Source: Phoronis australis
Taxonomy: Eukaryota; Animalia; Phoronida
NCBI GenBank assembly: GCA_002633005.1
Contig: NMRA01000653.1
Location: forward strand, 124,001 to 188,000
Reading direction: 5' to 3'
DNA: 64,000 nucleotides
Shown here: piece after piece, positions 26,072-38,765 of the stretch
Position numbering within the stretch: the first letter of the stretch is position 1
Layout of the letters: each line of letters begins with the position of its first letter
The notes under the pieces: model-generated
Database searches by the model: none
What the model was told of the DNA's origin: nothing
The model's input: the letters and a program-made list of their open reading frames with translations, nothing else
Made by a program: the position numbers and the translations under genes

Positions 26072-26369
26072 AAATTGGCGTTCTACCGTATACTCTGCTG
26101 CTAAAATTGTGGTGCGCTCTTTTACGTCGCCTTTTGGCGCCTTCACCTATTGTGAGATTCGTTCCCCGATCCTTCAATTAACTGTTCTTCTCTTCCACGA
26201 AGTTACGTACATGTCACAACAAATTATAAGAACTAGTTTCATTTTGTAAACCGAATTTCAGAACAAATTTTGCCGCTGTAAAGCTGTCATCATCTCCTGA
26301 GAGATGTCGCAAATTTTTAGGAAATGGCGCGTGCGCGTGTCATGAGCGTACTGTCTTCAAAACGACGAC

Positions 26370-26630
26370 TGCCTTTTCTTTGTTACAAAAAGCGGAGAAT
26401 TATGCAAGAAAATGACGCTTATTAGATTGTTTTTCACTTAAACTACCGAACGGGCAACTGAGGTGAGTGTCGGTTGACTCCCAAATTTTACATGCAACCA
26501 GTCGTTTTATATCTCTACATGTTGATATTATAAGTTTCACGACGAGGTGACAACCAGAACTACCCGGGCTGTATGAAATTTCGGGGTCTAACGTAGCCAA
26601 AACTTAGCCAGCCAGCTAGTCAGTCAGCTA
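26370..26630 (+). repeat. Dispersed repeat; diverged copy at about 39040-39330
   Basis: Shared gaaaatgacg.ttattaga.tgtttttcacttaaac and aagtttcacgacgaggtgac...ctgtatgaaatttcg.ggtctaacg. Confidence 0.7.
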
Positions 26631-27607
26631 GCTGTATGAATACTGTCGTCAAAATACAGCTGGGTACCACTTTGTGTTGAACTCTGACAGACAGTGAGAT
26701 TTGGTTTAGTTGTTCGTGTTACTTGTGGCCATGATTGTGGGGCTTGGATATTTTCCTTGATAATGGTGAAGTGATTTTCATTGAAACGTTGGAATATGTA
26801 TATATAAATACACAATAATGACAACAATTGTGCTGAATTTCTTACCGATATTCTTTTGAAAAATGCTTAACCTGATCATAGCTGGTTATGTCATGTAATT
26901 GACCAATGGAGAATGCAGAATTTTAGGTGGGGCCATGGCCCCCTTGGCCCCCCTCTAAATCCGACACTGCAAATAACTTCAACAGCTGAGAGTCAGGTTT
27001 TGTAATGGAAGATTTTGTACTCTAAGAACTGTATACATGTACATGGCTGTGTATATGTAAAAAGTAGTATAACGTATTTAATTATTCTGATTGAATTTGG
27101 TCTTGATTCTACGAGGAGTTAAAACAGCCCAATGCAGCTGAAAAGAACTGGCTGTTACAGTAGTGTTAACAGCGTTTTTCGGCACCTTTTTGGCAATTTT
27201 TGTGCAAGTTGAAAGTTAATGACTCCCTGAACTTTATGACTTACAAAAAAACAGCTAAAGCGCTAAGTTTCACAGAACGTCTGAAGTAAACGGAGCAGTT
27301 TATGCAGAATAAGACATAATTAGTCTTTCGTTGTTGCGATTTCTATTTATTTTACGTATTTTGCGTTTTAGACGGCCACTCTCAACGGGTGACTACGCTT
27401 ATTGGTGTCTACTGAAGGTCCCCTGTCGATAATTGAATGTTTGTTTGAATACATGAGCAAGCTTTCAGAATATAGAGGTGATCATAACCAACATCGCGGA
27501 ACCGGCCCATTGATTTCTGGCACGCGAAAGGCTTCGATATAGTTCTGGTGTGCGTTTTGTAGAAGCGAGAATCTCGCTTATATGATGGGCCATTGAGGGA
27601 AAGGGAA

Positions 27608-27718
27608 ATTGTCGCTGTAAAATAACGAGTGTAAATTACGGGTAGCATAAGTGTCGCTGTAAAATTACACTTGTAAATTAGATGGATAAAATGTCGCCGT
27701 AAAATTACACTTGAAAAG
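27608..27718 (+). repeat. Minisatellite of about 40-bp units x3 (tgtcgctgtaaaattacacttg); repeated at 29178-29284
   Basis: Direct tandem repeats visible in the sequence. Confidence 0.75.
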
Positions 27719-28422
27719 TAAAATAAATTTAAGCAATCCGGGCTAACCTAACAGACTCGAAAAGACAATATGGCTACTAGTGGAAGACATCCAAGATCAC
27801 CAACAGTGACGCAATAATTTGATCCGCCATGATTCAGACGCATGCAATTCATATATGAGCGCGCAAGCGTGAGTTTTAAAGCAGTACNGGAATAATTGGG
27901 TGAGTAAGACAACAAGCCGGTTTTATGCTTAGGCGGACGACTATAGGGTTTCGGAGTGTAAGTTTCACGACGAGGTGACAACCAGAACTACCCGGGCTGT
28001 ATGAAATTTCGGGGTCTAACGTAGCCAAAACTTAGCCAGCCAGCTAGTCAGCCAGCTAGCTGTATGAATACTGTCGTCAAAATACAGCTGGGTACCACTT
28101 TGTGTTGAACTCTGACAGACAGTGAGATTTGGTTTAGTTGTTCGTGTTACTTGTGGCCCTGATTGTGGGGCTTGGATATTTTCCTTGATAATGGTGAAGT
28201 GATTTTCATTGAAATGTTGGAATATGTATATGTATATGTAAATACACAATAATGACAACAATTGTGCTGAATTTCTTACCGATATTCTTTTGAAAAATGT
28301 TTAACCTGATCATAGCTGGTTATGTCATGTAATTGACCAATTAGCATGGTGTGAATCTATTGATTATGTATAAGAAGTAAGGCTCGAGTGAACAATTCAG
28401 TCCGTCAGACTCACATTCAAAT

Positions 28423-28581
28423 CAGGGACGGATCCAGAATTTTGAGTTAGGGAGGGCCACTGCAGAGTATTAGCCAGGATTTTGCCTGTCAGACATTCGC
28501 ACCCCCGAACTGCCAAATGGAGAATGCAGAATTTTAGGTGGGGGGCATGGCCCCCTTGGCCCCCCTCTAAATCCGCCACTG
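28423..28581 (-). mobile_element. hAT-like MITE with 5-bp TSD (copy 1)
   Basis: TIR CAGGGACGGAT / ATCCGCCACTG; caaat on both flanks. Confidence 0.8.
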
Positions 28582-31241
28582 CAAATAACTTCAACAGTTG
28601 AGAGTCAGGTTTTGTAATGGAAGATTTTGTACTCTAAGAACTGTATACATGGCTGTGTATATGTAAAAAGTAGTATAACGTATTTAATTATTCTGATTGA
28701 ATTTGGTCTTGATTCTACGAGGAGTTAAAACAGCCCAACGCAGCTGAAAAGAACTGGCTGTTACAGTAGTGTTAACAGCACCTTTTTGGCAATTTTTGTG
28801 CGAGTTGAAAGTTAATGACTCCCTGAACTTTATGACTTACAAAAACGTCTGAAGTAAACGGAGCAGTTTATTTAGAATAAGACATAATTAGTCTTTCGTT
28901 GCTGCGATTTCTATTTATTTTACGTATTTTGCGTTTTAGACGGCCACTCTCAACGGGTGACTACGATTATTGGTGTCGACTGAAAGTCCCCTGTCGATAA
29001 TTGAATGTTTGTTTGAATGCATGAGCAAGCTTTCAGAATATAGAGGTGATCATAACCAACATCGCGGAACCGGCCCATTGATTTCTGGCACGCGAAAGGC
29101 TTCGATATAGTTCTGGTGTGCGTTTTGTAGAAGCGAGAATATCCCTTATATGATGGGCCATTGAGGGAAAGGGAAATTGTCGCTGTAAAATTACGAGTGT
29201 AAATTACGGGTAGCATAAGTGTCGCTGTAAAATTACACTTGTAAATTAGATGGATAAAATGTCGCCGTAAAATTACACTTGAAAATTAAAATAAATTTAA
29301 GCAATCCGGGCTAACCTAACAGACTCGAAAAGACAATATGGCTACTAGTGGAAGACATCCAAGATCACCAACAGTGACGCAATAATTTGATCCGCCATGA
29401 TTCAGACGCATGTAATTCATATAATTATGAGCGTGCAAGCGTGAGTTTTAAAGCAGTACGTCTCATTAGCCAAGAGTTAAGAATTAAAGTAGGAGAGAAA
29501 TTTTGACCACAAAGAAATAAATTACGAGCGTAATTTTACGATTTTCGGTAACACTTTCCTCTAAGCATGAGACCGCGTTTCGTAACGTATCATAAAAGAA
29601 AAAACGGATTACAACAGCTGTTATCTAGAGATTCTTGCGCCTACGGAACTCAACCAGTTTTCATATGTTTGACGTCAATTTCGAATTCTTGCTCGCTTAA
29701 CAGTAACACACAAGGAGGCGCCAGTTGTCCTGTAACTGTGTTCCTTCTCAGCACACTCTTGCGACCAGAAAGAATTTATTGTTGGTGACTACATTGCGAC
29801 GCATCGGTAAACATTCTCATTTGTTTTTTATGCTTTCAGTCACACAATAGGAAACTTTATTTTCGACAGTCACCGAAAATTCTCGATAGCGTTGAACAGC
29901 GCTCAAAAACTCAAAAATAGCCTAATCAAACGTTGTTCAAGTTACTTTTTGGTTAAAGGGTCTATTAACAATTTGAACGTGACTGGCAACCTCTTTTTCT
30001 TCGTGTGCAGATCAGTAAGTGAACGGGGAGGCAGTGTTAAGATGACTCGTTGCCGGATGTTTTTTTCCACAATCTACTGCTTCCGTGGGTGGAACAACAA
30101 CTGAACGCGGTAGCAGTCCATCTGGTGTTCTGCCAGTTAATACAAGATGATTTTTGCCGCATTTTGAGCAGATATCTATTGGTTTGTTTTATATGGAATA
30201 GATACTAGCTTTGCAAATAGACCTTGCGCTCCCCTATATTTTCATGTCGGCCTTCCCTCCCTGCATTCGCTATTGTAGGGTTAAAGGTGAGACCGAGAAA
30301 CCGGGTGTGGAAGAAGGTTTTGAAACTAGTCGCGACGAGCATTTTTGTGGAAAAAACTGCGAATACCGTAGTTTTCCGAAAAAGCGCCGTTTCGGGAAAA
30401 CACTGCATTCGTGGCACGCTGTTTCGGAAATATGCGCTGTAAATCTGACTTGAATTTTAGCAGTAGAACACTCATCATGTTCACCTTGTTATGTTATCTG
30501 TACTTATCATCGAACGGTATTTTGATTAGGCTACAATTGTTATTTCTGTTCAGTTTTGTCGTCTATGCGAGTGTTGCGTTGTTATGCGCGATAAAACTGT
30601 AATTAGCTATTCGTGATTGTTTAATTTTGTTTGGAACAAACATGAAAAATGCAAACAAGCATACGTCAGCAAGAGTATCCCCTATGGGAGAACAGTAAAT
30701 TTTGTAAAACTGACTGCCAGCTATAAATTTTCTTAACTGAGCCTCGGGGCGCGGGACTAAAGTCGCCATCTTGCTGCATAAGTTCGCAGGACTATATAGC
30801 TCCGTATGTGGAAAACTAGGAGCGCTTTCCCTTGCAGTAGGACACTGACGAGTCACTTGTGGAGAGAAATCTTGGCTTATGGTACACAAATACTACGTTT
30901 TTGTTTACCGTGACCTTACTCCCATAATCCAATTTTCCTGCCTATCATTTCACTGGCGGCCACTCGGGAAGCACTCGCCTTTCATTCACTCGCGCAAGAA
31001 CTTTGCCCTCTACGAGTACACAGCCCTTGCCGAAGTCTTGTATACCTAAGACGGATTCCAGTTGTTCAATAACAAGTATGTCAGCATGGCGTAACGAAAG
31101 TGGAACAAAAATGCCTTTTGCCCCTTGTCTTCCAAACGGTCTTTTACTCAGAGAAGCCGCTAACAAATCTGTTCCACTTGAATGCCTATCTGTTTACATG
31201 CAATTGTCTATACCAAGTCACGACACTATCTTGCCGCAGTC

Positions 31242-31760
31242 TCAGTCGTTGTCAGCGCAATCCATAACGAACTGCGCGTGTGCTGCATGTACTTCCTCCC
31301 AGTGTGGATCAGTTCGTAGTCTTGCTAGCCAGTCAACGATGTTTGGCCACATGGCTAGCTCAAGCTTCACCCACTCGGCTTGCATTATCATGGTAGCGAT
31401 ATAGAAATCGGCCACTGTACAATCGTCGCCACATAAGAATGTGTTGTTGGCCAAGAAACGCTGGTCGAGAATTTCCATAAACATTGTCAGCTCCTGGATT
31501 CCTGATTCGATGAGGGATTCTGTTGCCGTTTCCGACCGCAGTCTGTACCGGTCAAATACTTGGGGGTAAGCGCATCTGAAGCCGGCGACTCGATGCAACT
31601 CCGAGTTGGCCCAGCTTATGAGGGACTCGACTTTCATTTGGGTTGGTAGTAAAAAGCCGTAACCAGCCTTGCTTGCGTACGTTGATGAAAGATAGCGAAG
31701 TATCGCCTGACCTTCGAAAATAGTTACGTCGTCGTGATTTGGGTCCACTAAGACGGGTAC
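31242..31760 (-). CDS. GSTT: Glutathione S-transferase, theta-like, exon 2
   Basis: VPVLVDP..TIFEGQAILRYL, FLCGDDCTVADF N-cap motif and WPNIVDWLARL; aacag acceptor at 31761-62. Confidence 0.9.
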   Translation of the reverse strand, partial: VPVLVDPNHDDVTIFEGQAILRYLSSTYASKAGYGFLLPTQMKVESLISWANSELHRVAGFRCAYPQVFDRYRLRSETATESLIESGIQELTMFMEILDQRFLANNTFLCGDDCTVADFYIATMIMQAEWVKLELAMWPNIVDWLARLRTDPHWEEVHAAHAQFVMDCADND

Positions 31761-31796
31761 CTGTTGATTAGATGAAACACATGTTGTACACTGCCT

Positions 31797-32082
31797 GTTG
31801 GGGAGGGGTTTTGGTGGGGTGGTGGTGGTTATGGATGTAGTNAGGTGGTGGTGGGGTTGTGATGGGGGTATTGAGTGGTGTTAGCGGTGCTGGTGGCAGC
31901 TGGAGGTGGTAGCTTTGAGGGGTGGTATTGGTGACTGGGAGGTTAGTAGCGGTTGAAGTGGTGGTGCTGATGGCAGCTCAGGTAGCAGTGGTATTGGCTG
32001 TAGGCTAGGTGATGACAACAACGACCATGGTGGTGGTGTGAATGGTGGTACTGATGGTTGGGGCGGCGACGGTGATGGTGAT
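31797..32082. repeat. Degenerate (GGT)n low-complexity tract in the GST intron
   Basis: Runs of ggtggtggt and variants. Confidence 0.85.
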
Positions 32083-34289
32083 CATACATAAGAAAGTTGT
32101 GGAGAGAAAAAGGAGGTTTATGGAGTAATGAAAGGTTATGGAAATAAACAGAATGGAGTAAAGAAGGTTCGTTTAACCGCCTCGGTAATTCTGAATCATT
32201 TGGCTTAGGCGTGAATTAAAGTAGGTTTGCTTCCCCTTTCGTGCGTGACTCACAATGATTTATTTGATATCTAACGAGTATCTTACTACTCAGTTGTAGC
32301 AAAATGAGCGCGAGCCGCTCTGGCGTAACTCAGGAGGCGTGGGGGCGGCTTCGACGGGAGAGGGCGGTGTAAACAACTGGGGGCGGCACAAAAATTGGTG
32401 TCGACGGGGAGAGGGGGGGGCATCATCGGTGGCTGTGACGGTGGGGGTGGCGTAACATCGGTTGCAATAGGGCGAAGGGATGGTATTGGTTTCTTCCTCC
32501 CCGGGCGATGATAGTCCAATGACGTCTGACAATGCAAAGTGCATGGAAAAAAGCATTTCTGTGCAGTGAAGGTGGGGCAAACTAAATATTTTTAAGTCAG
32601 TCTTGTCTACATATGGGTAGTCTACTTTCACCTTGAATAGCGCAGTGGCCTGAGTTCTGCAAACCTGAGTTTTTAACTAGCCAAGTTTGATTATTGCGTT
32701 AGGTCAAGACCGCTGATTACGTTTCCACTGCATTAGTTTAGGGATCTCGACACCCAATAGACAGGTTCATTCATTTGGCAGTGCAACAATGAATGGATTC
32801 TCAGTCATGGCACAGGGTAATCATTTAACAAGTCTGTGTAAATTTAGACAAATTTCTCCAAAATTATAGATTTTAACTCAGTAAATGCATATATTTTCTA
32901 AAAGTAGGTCGGTAGACCTTGATTTTTTACTTTTCCTTATCTGCCCTTAACTGCATCGCGTAACCTTATCATAGCAAAAGACAAATTTACATGGATAAAA
33001 GACAGCGGCATCAATGACATGACCAAAGTTCGTTTGATAAAGCTCCTCAAGATGAAATCTCAAAAATGCTGTTGCAGCTTCCTAAGTTATTGTTTCCTTT
33101 TCGTTTCAGGCAACTTCTGATTTTTTTTCATGAAAATCGTAAGTTGAGCTCCTACTTTCGATAGCCCCTCATGCAAAATCCTAACAGAATTTTGGAGAAC
33201 AGTGCTATAAGGCATAGTATTTGAAAGTTTCATATGAGTCCGATCAGCTATTTCTGAGATATGATGTTTCGAAATTGGGACATTTTTCTGTTGCCCTAAG
33301 TAACCATGAAACACTATGCACACAAACAAAAAATCAAGATACTTATCTCGAACGTGTACTGAAATAGAACATTATAAAAACATCCTTGGAGTTTGGGTTT
33401 GAAATCCAAAAGAGCTTCGGACCTTCTTGTTCAGGGTGCGTAACAAAAGCGGTTATCATAACGATAATATAAATCGCGTGAACTCGTTAAATATCAGCTG
33501 CAAAGGCTTTAGCATAATACTACCTACAATGTATGGCCTTTGCATTATATTTTCGAAAACAGGCTCATGGGCGGATATTTGGAAAAGACCTTTCTGAAAC
33601 GTCAACTGAAACCGAATATACGCCCGGGCGTATTTTCGGAAAAAGGGGTGTATTTTTGAAAACTGTCGTTAAAACTGACCTTATGCTGTACAAATACAAT
33701 TAGTTACCAATAAAGACGCATAAGATCTTGTTAAATGATAGTCATTTGAGTGGAATAGCGATCCCAAAATATATCTTGTCAAAACAAAAATTTACATAAA
33801 AAATAATGCATACGTATTTCACAGCAACCCATAGGATTTCCAAAACATGCAAACAGTTTCCTAAAATACGCCAATGGCCGTGCTTTAGAAAACTTTTCCG
33901 AAAATAAGTAAATGGGCGTTGTTTTAGTTCAGTCTATTTTCGGAAAATCCCGGTAGGACTGAGCTGCGTTCCGTAGATACAAGACACTTGAGAAGCACTT
34001 GCTGTAGGAAATGTTCTGTTTTCGGAACAGAAACAGTGAATTCTCATAATTCAACATTTTAATGAATCTCACAGATTCACTCTTTACTGGCCGCCATTTT
34101 GGTAGGGTACGCTAATAAGCTTCCGGGCACTACTCGTGAAACACACGTCTTTCATTCGTGCGATTTTGCGTGGTCTTGCTTTTTCGTCGATTGTTGGACC
34201 TAGGGGAACGCAGCTCTGGATTTGTTTGTCCTTGGACTTCTAATCTGTTTTTATTAAAGTAATTAACAATGACGGTAAAAGTACTTCAC

Positions 34290-34475
34290 CTCTTGGTGTG
34301 GGTTCTTTTTCATGAAGTCAGTCGTTGACTCCTCCCCGTTGGCTATATCCACGTCAATCAAATGGTGGGGGATGTTGTGTTGTAACATATATAACCACAC
34401 AGCCCTGCATGGTGGCGAGAGACGCACCAAGTATAGTTCCAGAGGTTTTTTCGCCACTTTGACTTCCTCTGTCAT
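34290..34475 (-). CDS. GSTT: Glutathione S-transferase, theta-like, exon 1
   Basis: MTEE..LELYLVRLSPPCRAVWL...FMKKNPHQE with gag|gtgaag donor; phase 0 join gives NPHQEVP and a 234-aa protein. Confidence 0.9.
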
Positions 34476-36619
34476 CTTCGGTTACTCTTCTGGTAAAATT
34501 ACACCATTGATCTACGCAAATCGGCAATAAATGAAGTCTTTACTTCAGTGATAAGCTAACGCTTATCCTCAGTCACGTACTGGAATGCCTCACGACCTTC
34601 TGTAAAATCTAGTTGACCAATCTTTCGAACACAAGTTCGTGTCCAAATTCTCGTCGAATATATGTTCAGTAGACAGTCGAGTAGATAGTAACTAATATAT
34701 TGTTGACCGCCGTAGCCTCCGTATTGAGATTATACTACTACATAAGTCCTCCGTTCCTAAAGATGCCGTTGCTAAAGCTCAGTACCATTAACGGTTCAAC
34801 ACGACATTAAACACGCTCGTATGTCAGATCTGGTGTGTTTCGCTTCCTGTCAGCAAGTGATCTACTGGCAATGCAGAGGCGCTAAAACCTACTTCATTCA
34901 TGTACGTTTATTGCTCTCACCTGTATCATATCACAGACGTCTGTAACAAGTGCGAAGGCTTGTTGATAACGTGGCTGAGTGTGTTTGCCTACTCCCTGAT
35001 TGTTTACATAGCGAAGTTTACCTGGCGTATCTTAACACAATTATCCAACTCAAAGGGTTTTTTAACCGCGCTCAACTAGTGGTGCATTGTTCCCTTTGGT
35101 GAGCATGCCTTGAATAGCCAAGGGTTATGAGCGCTGACATTTGAATGAATATTGTTTAGTGCTCCGTTTACCTGTATCGCTAATTTGAAAATTGATTTCC
35201 ATTGCACCAAAAATATTTTAATTGCTTTTGTTCTGTACGACTTTTAACTGCGTGCTTATATTTGGCGGTATCCAGTAATGCGTTGATGTTGAGCGTTTTC
35301 TCAGACAAACATCTTGATATTTTGACCATTAATTGTTATGAAACGGGTCTCGTCTTGTGCCATTTTGTGTCAGAAATTAGAAATGGCTTTTACAGTGTAG
35401 GCTCGAGACGAACGGCGGGTCGTTTTGCTTTGATCAGACCAAACTCATTTTTTATCAGGCGCGGCGGGTTAGTGTCAGTCGCCAAGGCAGCATGGACGGC
35501 ACAGTAATAGCAGGCAATTTCATGCTTTGCAGCCAATTTCGACCCAAACAAAGGAATAATATTCGCAAACATGTCTGTGAAGAAAGGTCGGTTTTATCAC
35601 CAGGACATGGTTTATACATGTATAAGTGCTAGAGGAACTTGAAATCGTTACCGTGTGGGTGACTACGTCTGGGCTCAGCGAAGTCGAACACGAAATTACT
35701 GGTTTGTGACTAATGCCTCTCGGCGCTTTCTGGGTTATGTATATTCATTGTATTCTGAAGATTTCGTAATAAACATTAAAAAAACTTTTTAAGTGCTACT
35801 TTAGTATGGATTCAACATACGAGAAGTGTCTATTTTTTGTGTGCTCCAGTATATTGCAGATTTACGAAGAAGGTGTCTTTTCAAAGTTTGCATTTAGGAC
35901 CCCTGGTATTCGAGATACCGACTCGAAATGTACTCGAGCAAGAAATAATAGACTCTTATCTTGTGCTTGCACAAAAGTAGAACGTGAAACGTTAAGAATA
36001 AATTCGAGTTCAATTTCGAGTTCAAAGGTCGCGCCCTGTATACGGGGTCTAATTTTTTAACATTTTCTATTCTGCTTTTCTGCTAACTCAAAACGAGTGT
36101 ATATTTTTCTATGCTCCAGTTCCCAAGGACTTGCGTGAATCATTCTACAACTCTAGTTTGCACTTGATGACTCCAGCATTTAGCCTAAGAGTTCGAGTCT
36201 GGCTTAAAAATTAGAGTTTTTACTCGAGATTGTAGCTCGAGTATATTGGTCATTAAGTGCGAACTTTGATTAGAAACTCATATGCCTAAACCATAATTTA
36301 CTCGAGCACAGAATAATACACACTTGTCTTGAGTTCCCACAAAACTAGAATAGGAAATGGCAAAAATAACTTCGATATTGATATTGAGTAGAAAGATTAG
36401 ACCTCGGGGCTATCCATAGAATACGTACTTCAAAATACTATTGCGGCGTACTGGGGTTTATTATGTAAACGTACGAGCCCGGAGAAGTACAATAAAAATA
36501 CTGACGACAATACGACAAGTAAATTTATGGTTCAGTGTGGGGAGACCCTTTCAAGTCATTACCATCTCAGTCCTTGCCCTTGTCTTTACATTTATTTTTC
36601 CCAACACGTAGAATTAGCA

Positions 36620-37030
36620 CTATGTACCTACTTAGCAACGCCATCATCCACATCCATACGTCTAGTAAATTTCTTTTTGAAAAAATCCACCTCCTGGACA
36701 TTGCAGTGATGGTTGCTGGTGACGCTTTGATCGCGAGAACTAAGAAACCCACCGACAGTAAAAGCTATCATCATTTGGACAGTTTTCATTCTAATTGTAC
36801 CCAAGTATGTATTGTCTATAGACAGTGACCTTGCAGCACTGTTTTCACAAGTTCATCACATTTTCCACTTATCTACTATTCCCAAGAAAGATCCACCCCT
36901 TCCTACCTCTGACCCATATGGTCCTCTAAGTTTTCCAAACAACCAATAATTCTGTCATTTATCCAATGTTGCCAGGCAAACACCAACAGACGTGATAACA
37001 ACCACGATCACTCTGTGCCATTTCCCTGTG
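36620..37030 (+). mobile_element. Penelope-like retroelement relic (RT thumb plus trace of GIY-YIG)
   Basis: IHTSSKF..EKIHLLDIAV...RTKKPTDSKSYHHLDSFHSNCTQVCIVYRQ fits FLD..V...Y.KPTD...YLH..S.HP...SI.YSQ; downstream TNNSVIY.QC resembles the start of the endonuclease. Confidence 0.7.
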
Positions 37031-38617
37031 CCCCCCNNNNNCCCCCCCCCCCCCCCCCCCCCGTTGCTACGAGGGGAGAGTGATTACAAATTACAGTGGC
37101 ACTTCAAATAAGTTTAACAACCGTTTTAGTACGTGCAAATCCTATAGTGTCATTTATCTCATTTCATGTGGTAAACGCTTCTCTGCGTGGTATTAAGGAG
37201 AGGCTGAAGGGCCTTTTCATACACAGTATGAACGGACACTCAGGCTATCGCTGAACGATTACCACTCCTGGTCTCGGTGCTTTTTAATCTCCCCATTATT
37301 TCCAAAGAGAATCGGTCAGCAAAAACCCTCAACGTTTCTCATATTACAATATCTGGGTCCACGTTTGTATTCATTCCTACATAAATTGGTGCAATTTAAC
37401 CCTATCACAAAATTGGCTCCAATCTCTCAGGTGCCCAGGAGTGATCTATTGATAGAGTTGGCGAGGCTTTCTTTTCGGGTTTTAGCAGTGGTAAGCGACA
37501 CGGCGTAATAGCTAAAGAACTACTAAAAGAATATAAAATGATAATTTTTGAGAAAGGAATTTTACGTTGCTTTCCTCATAGAAAAATCTCACAAGCAGTT
37601 GGATATTCAATTTTTAAAAATAGGTTAACTATTAACTGAAATCAATCAAATTTAAACGAGAGTAAGGTAAATTTTTGAAATTATTAGTATTTTTATATTA
37701 TACAGAATTGATTGAAGTCACGACAATTTATACATTTTTGACAGTCTTTATTCCGTTTCGTTCATATATTTGGAATAAAAATCTACTCTCAACGGAACAT
37801 AGATGAAGTAACTGACCTAGCGACATAATTAAAACGCATACGATATTTCGAAACATAGTTGTTTCATTCTCAAGTGAACATAAAATGACGCAGTAATGCC
37901 ACCACAGAGCATAAGCTGAAGACATACACAGTGGGACACGGCGGGTGTGAAATACTGCAAAGAATGACTAATGAAGGGGGGTAACAGGAAAGTCACGCAA
38001 ACAAGTGTAACGTATATCCGAAAACTTGCTCCAGAAGTACAGCCGTTTTTATACTATGTGTACATGTTTTTTCAATCGAAAAATTCATGTATCAGTAATT
38101 TTCCGTACATAGTCGGCGCGTATGGCACAACCTCTACTGAAATTGAAACCAGCCACGGTGAACCTGTCGTTGTCTCCTACAGTTACACGATTATTACAAT
38201 ATGGCTCTTCTAAGTGGTAAAAATGATATTCAGTTTAATACTTAATAATTGCGGCGCAAAATTGTCCACGTCCATTCACACCCCAATTATTTCTAGACTG
38301 TGACGACAACGACTTCCCATTTTCGTAGGGCTTCGATGTATTTGGCGCCATCTTACGACCATTTTATGGCATTAATAACAGGGTGTTCCATCGAAACAGG
38401 AACCCCGCGGAAAACAGATATCTCGGAGTCGATAACAGACTCCCGCACCTTCAAAGTAGTTAACCAGCCCGAGAAAACACGGACCCCGACCTTTAAAAAA
38501 GGAACCCGCGGGATCGGACAGGGCACCGACACACCACTCCCGCACCTTCTGTGTCATACATTGTTTTATGTAGAATAAATCATCCTACTTTTAATAATTG
38601 TTGTGATATGTTGTTTT

Positions 38618-38765
38618 CAGTGGTGGATTTAGGGGAGGGGCAAGGAGGGCTTGCCCCCTCCCTAAAATTCTCTCAGATTCCATTTGGCAGTTCGGGGGTG
38701 CTAACTGAATGTCTGACGCGCAAAATCCTGGCACCCCCTAGCTCAAAATCCTGGATCCACCCATG
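38618..38765 (+). mobile_element. hAT-like MITE with 5-bp TSD (copy 2)
   Basis: CAGTGGTGGAT / ATCCACCCATG termini; gtttt on both flanks; body matches 28423-28581 in reverse complement. Confidence 0.8.

Larger units (their letters stand above)
26531..29459. repeat. N-joined tandem duplicate (26531-27887 / 27959-29459)
   Basis: N at 27888; copies differ by SNPs and an indel of about 175 bp. Confidence 0.9.

Noticed and set aside
31200-31244. TGA stop of the GST as possible selenocysteine or readthrough
   Set aside because: The extension is non-homologous and hits further stops; no convincing SECIS seen.
32286-32631. Pro-rich minus-strand ORFs
   Set aside because: G-rich low-complexity sequence inside the GST intron; the GST frame is complete without them.
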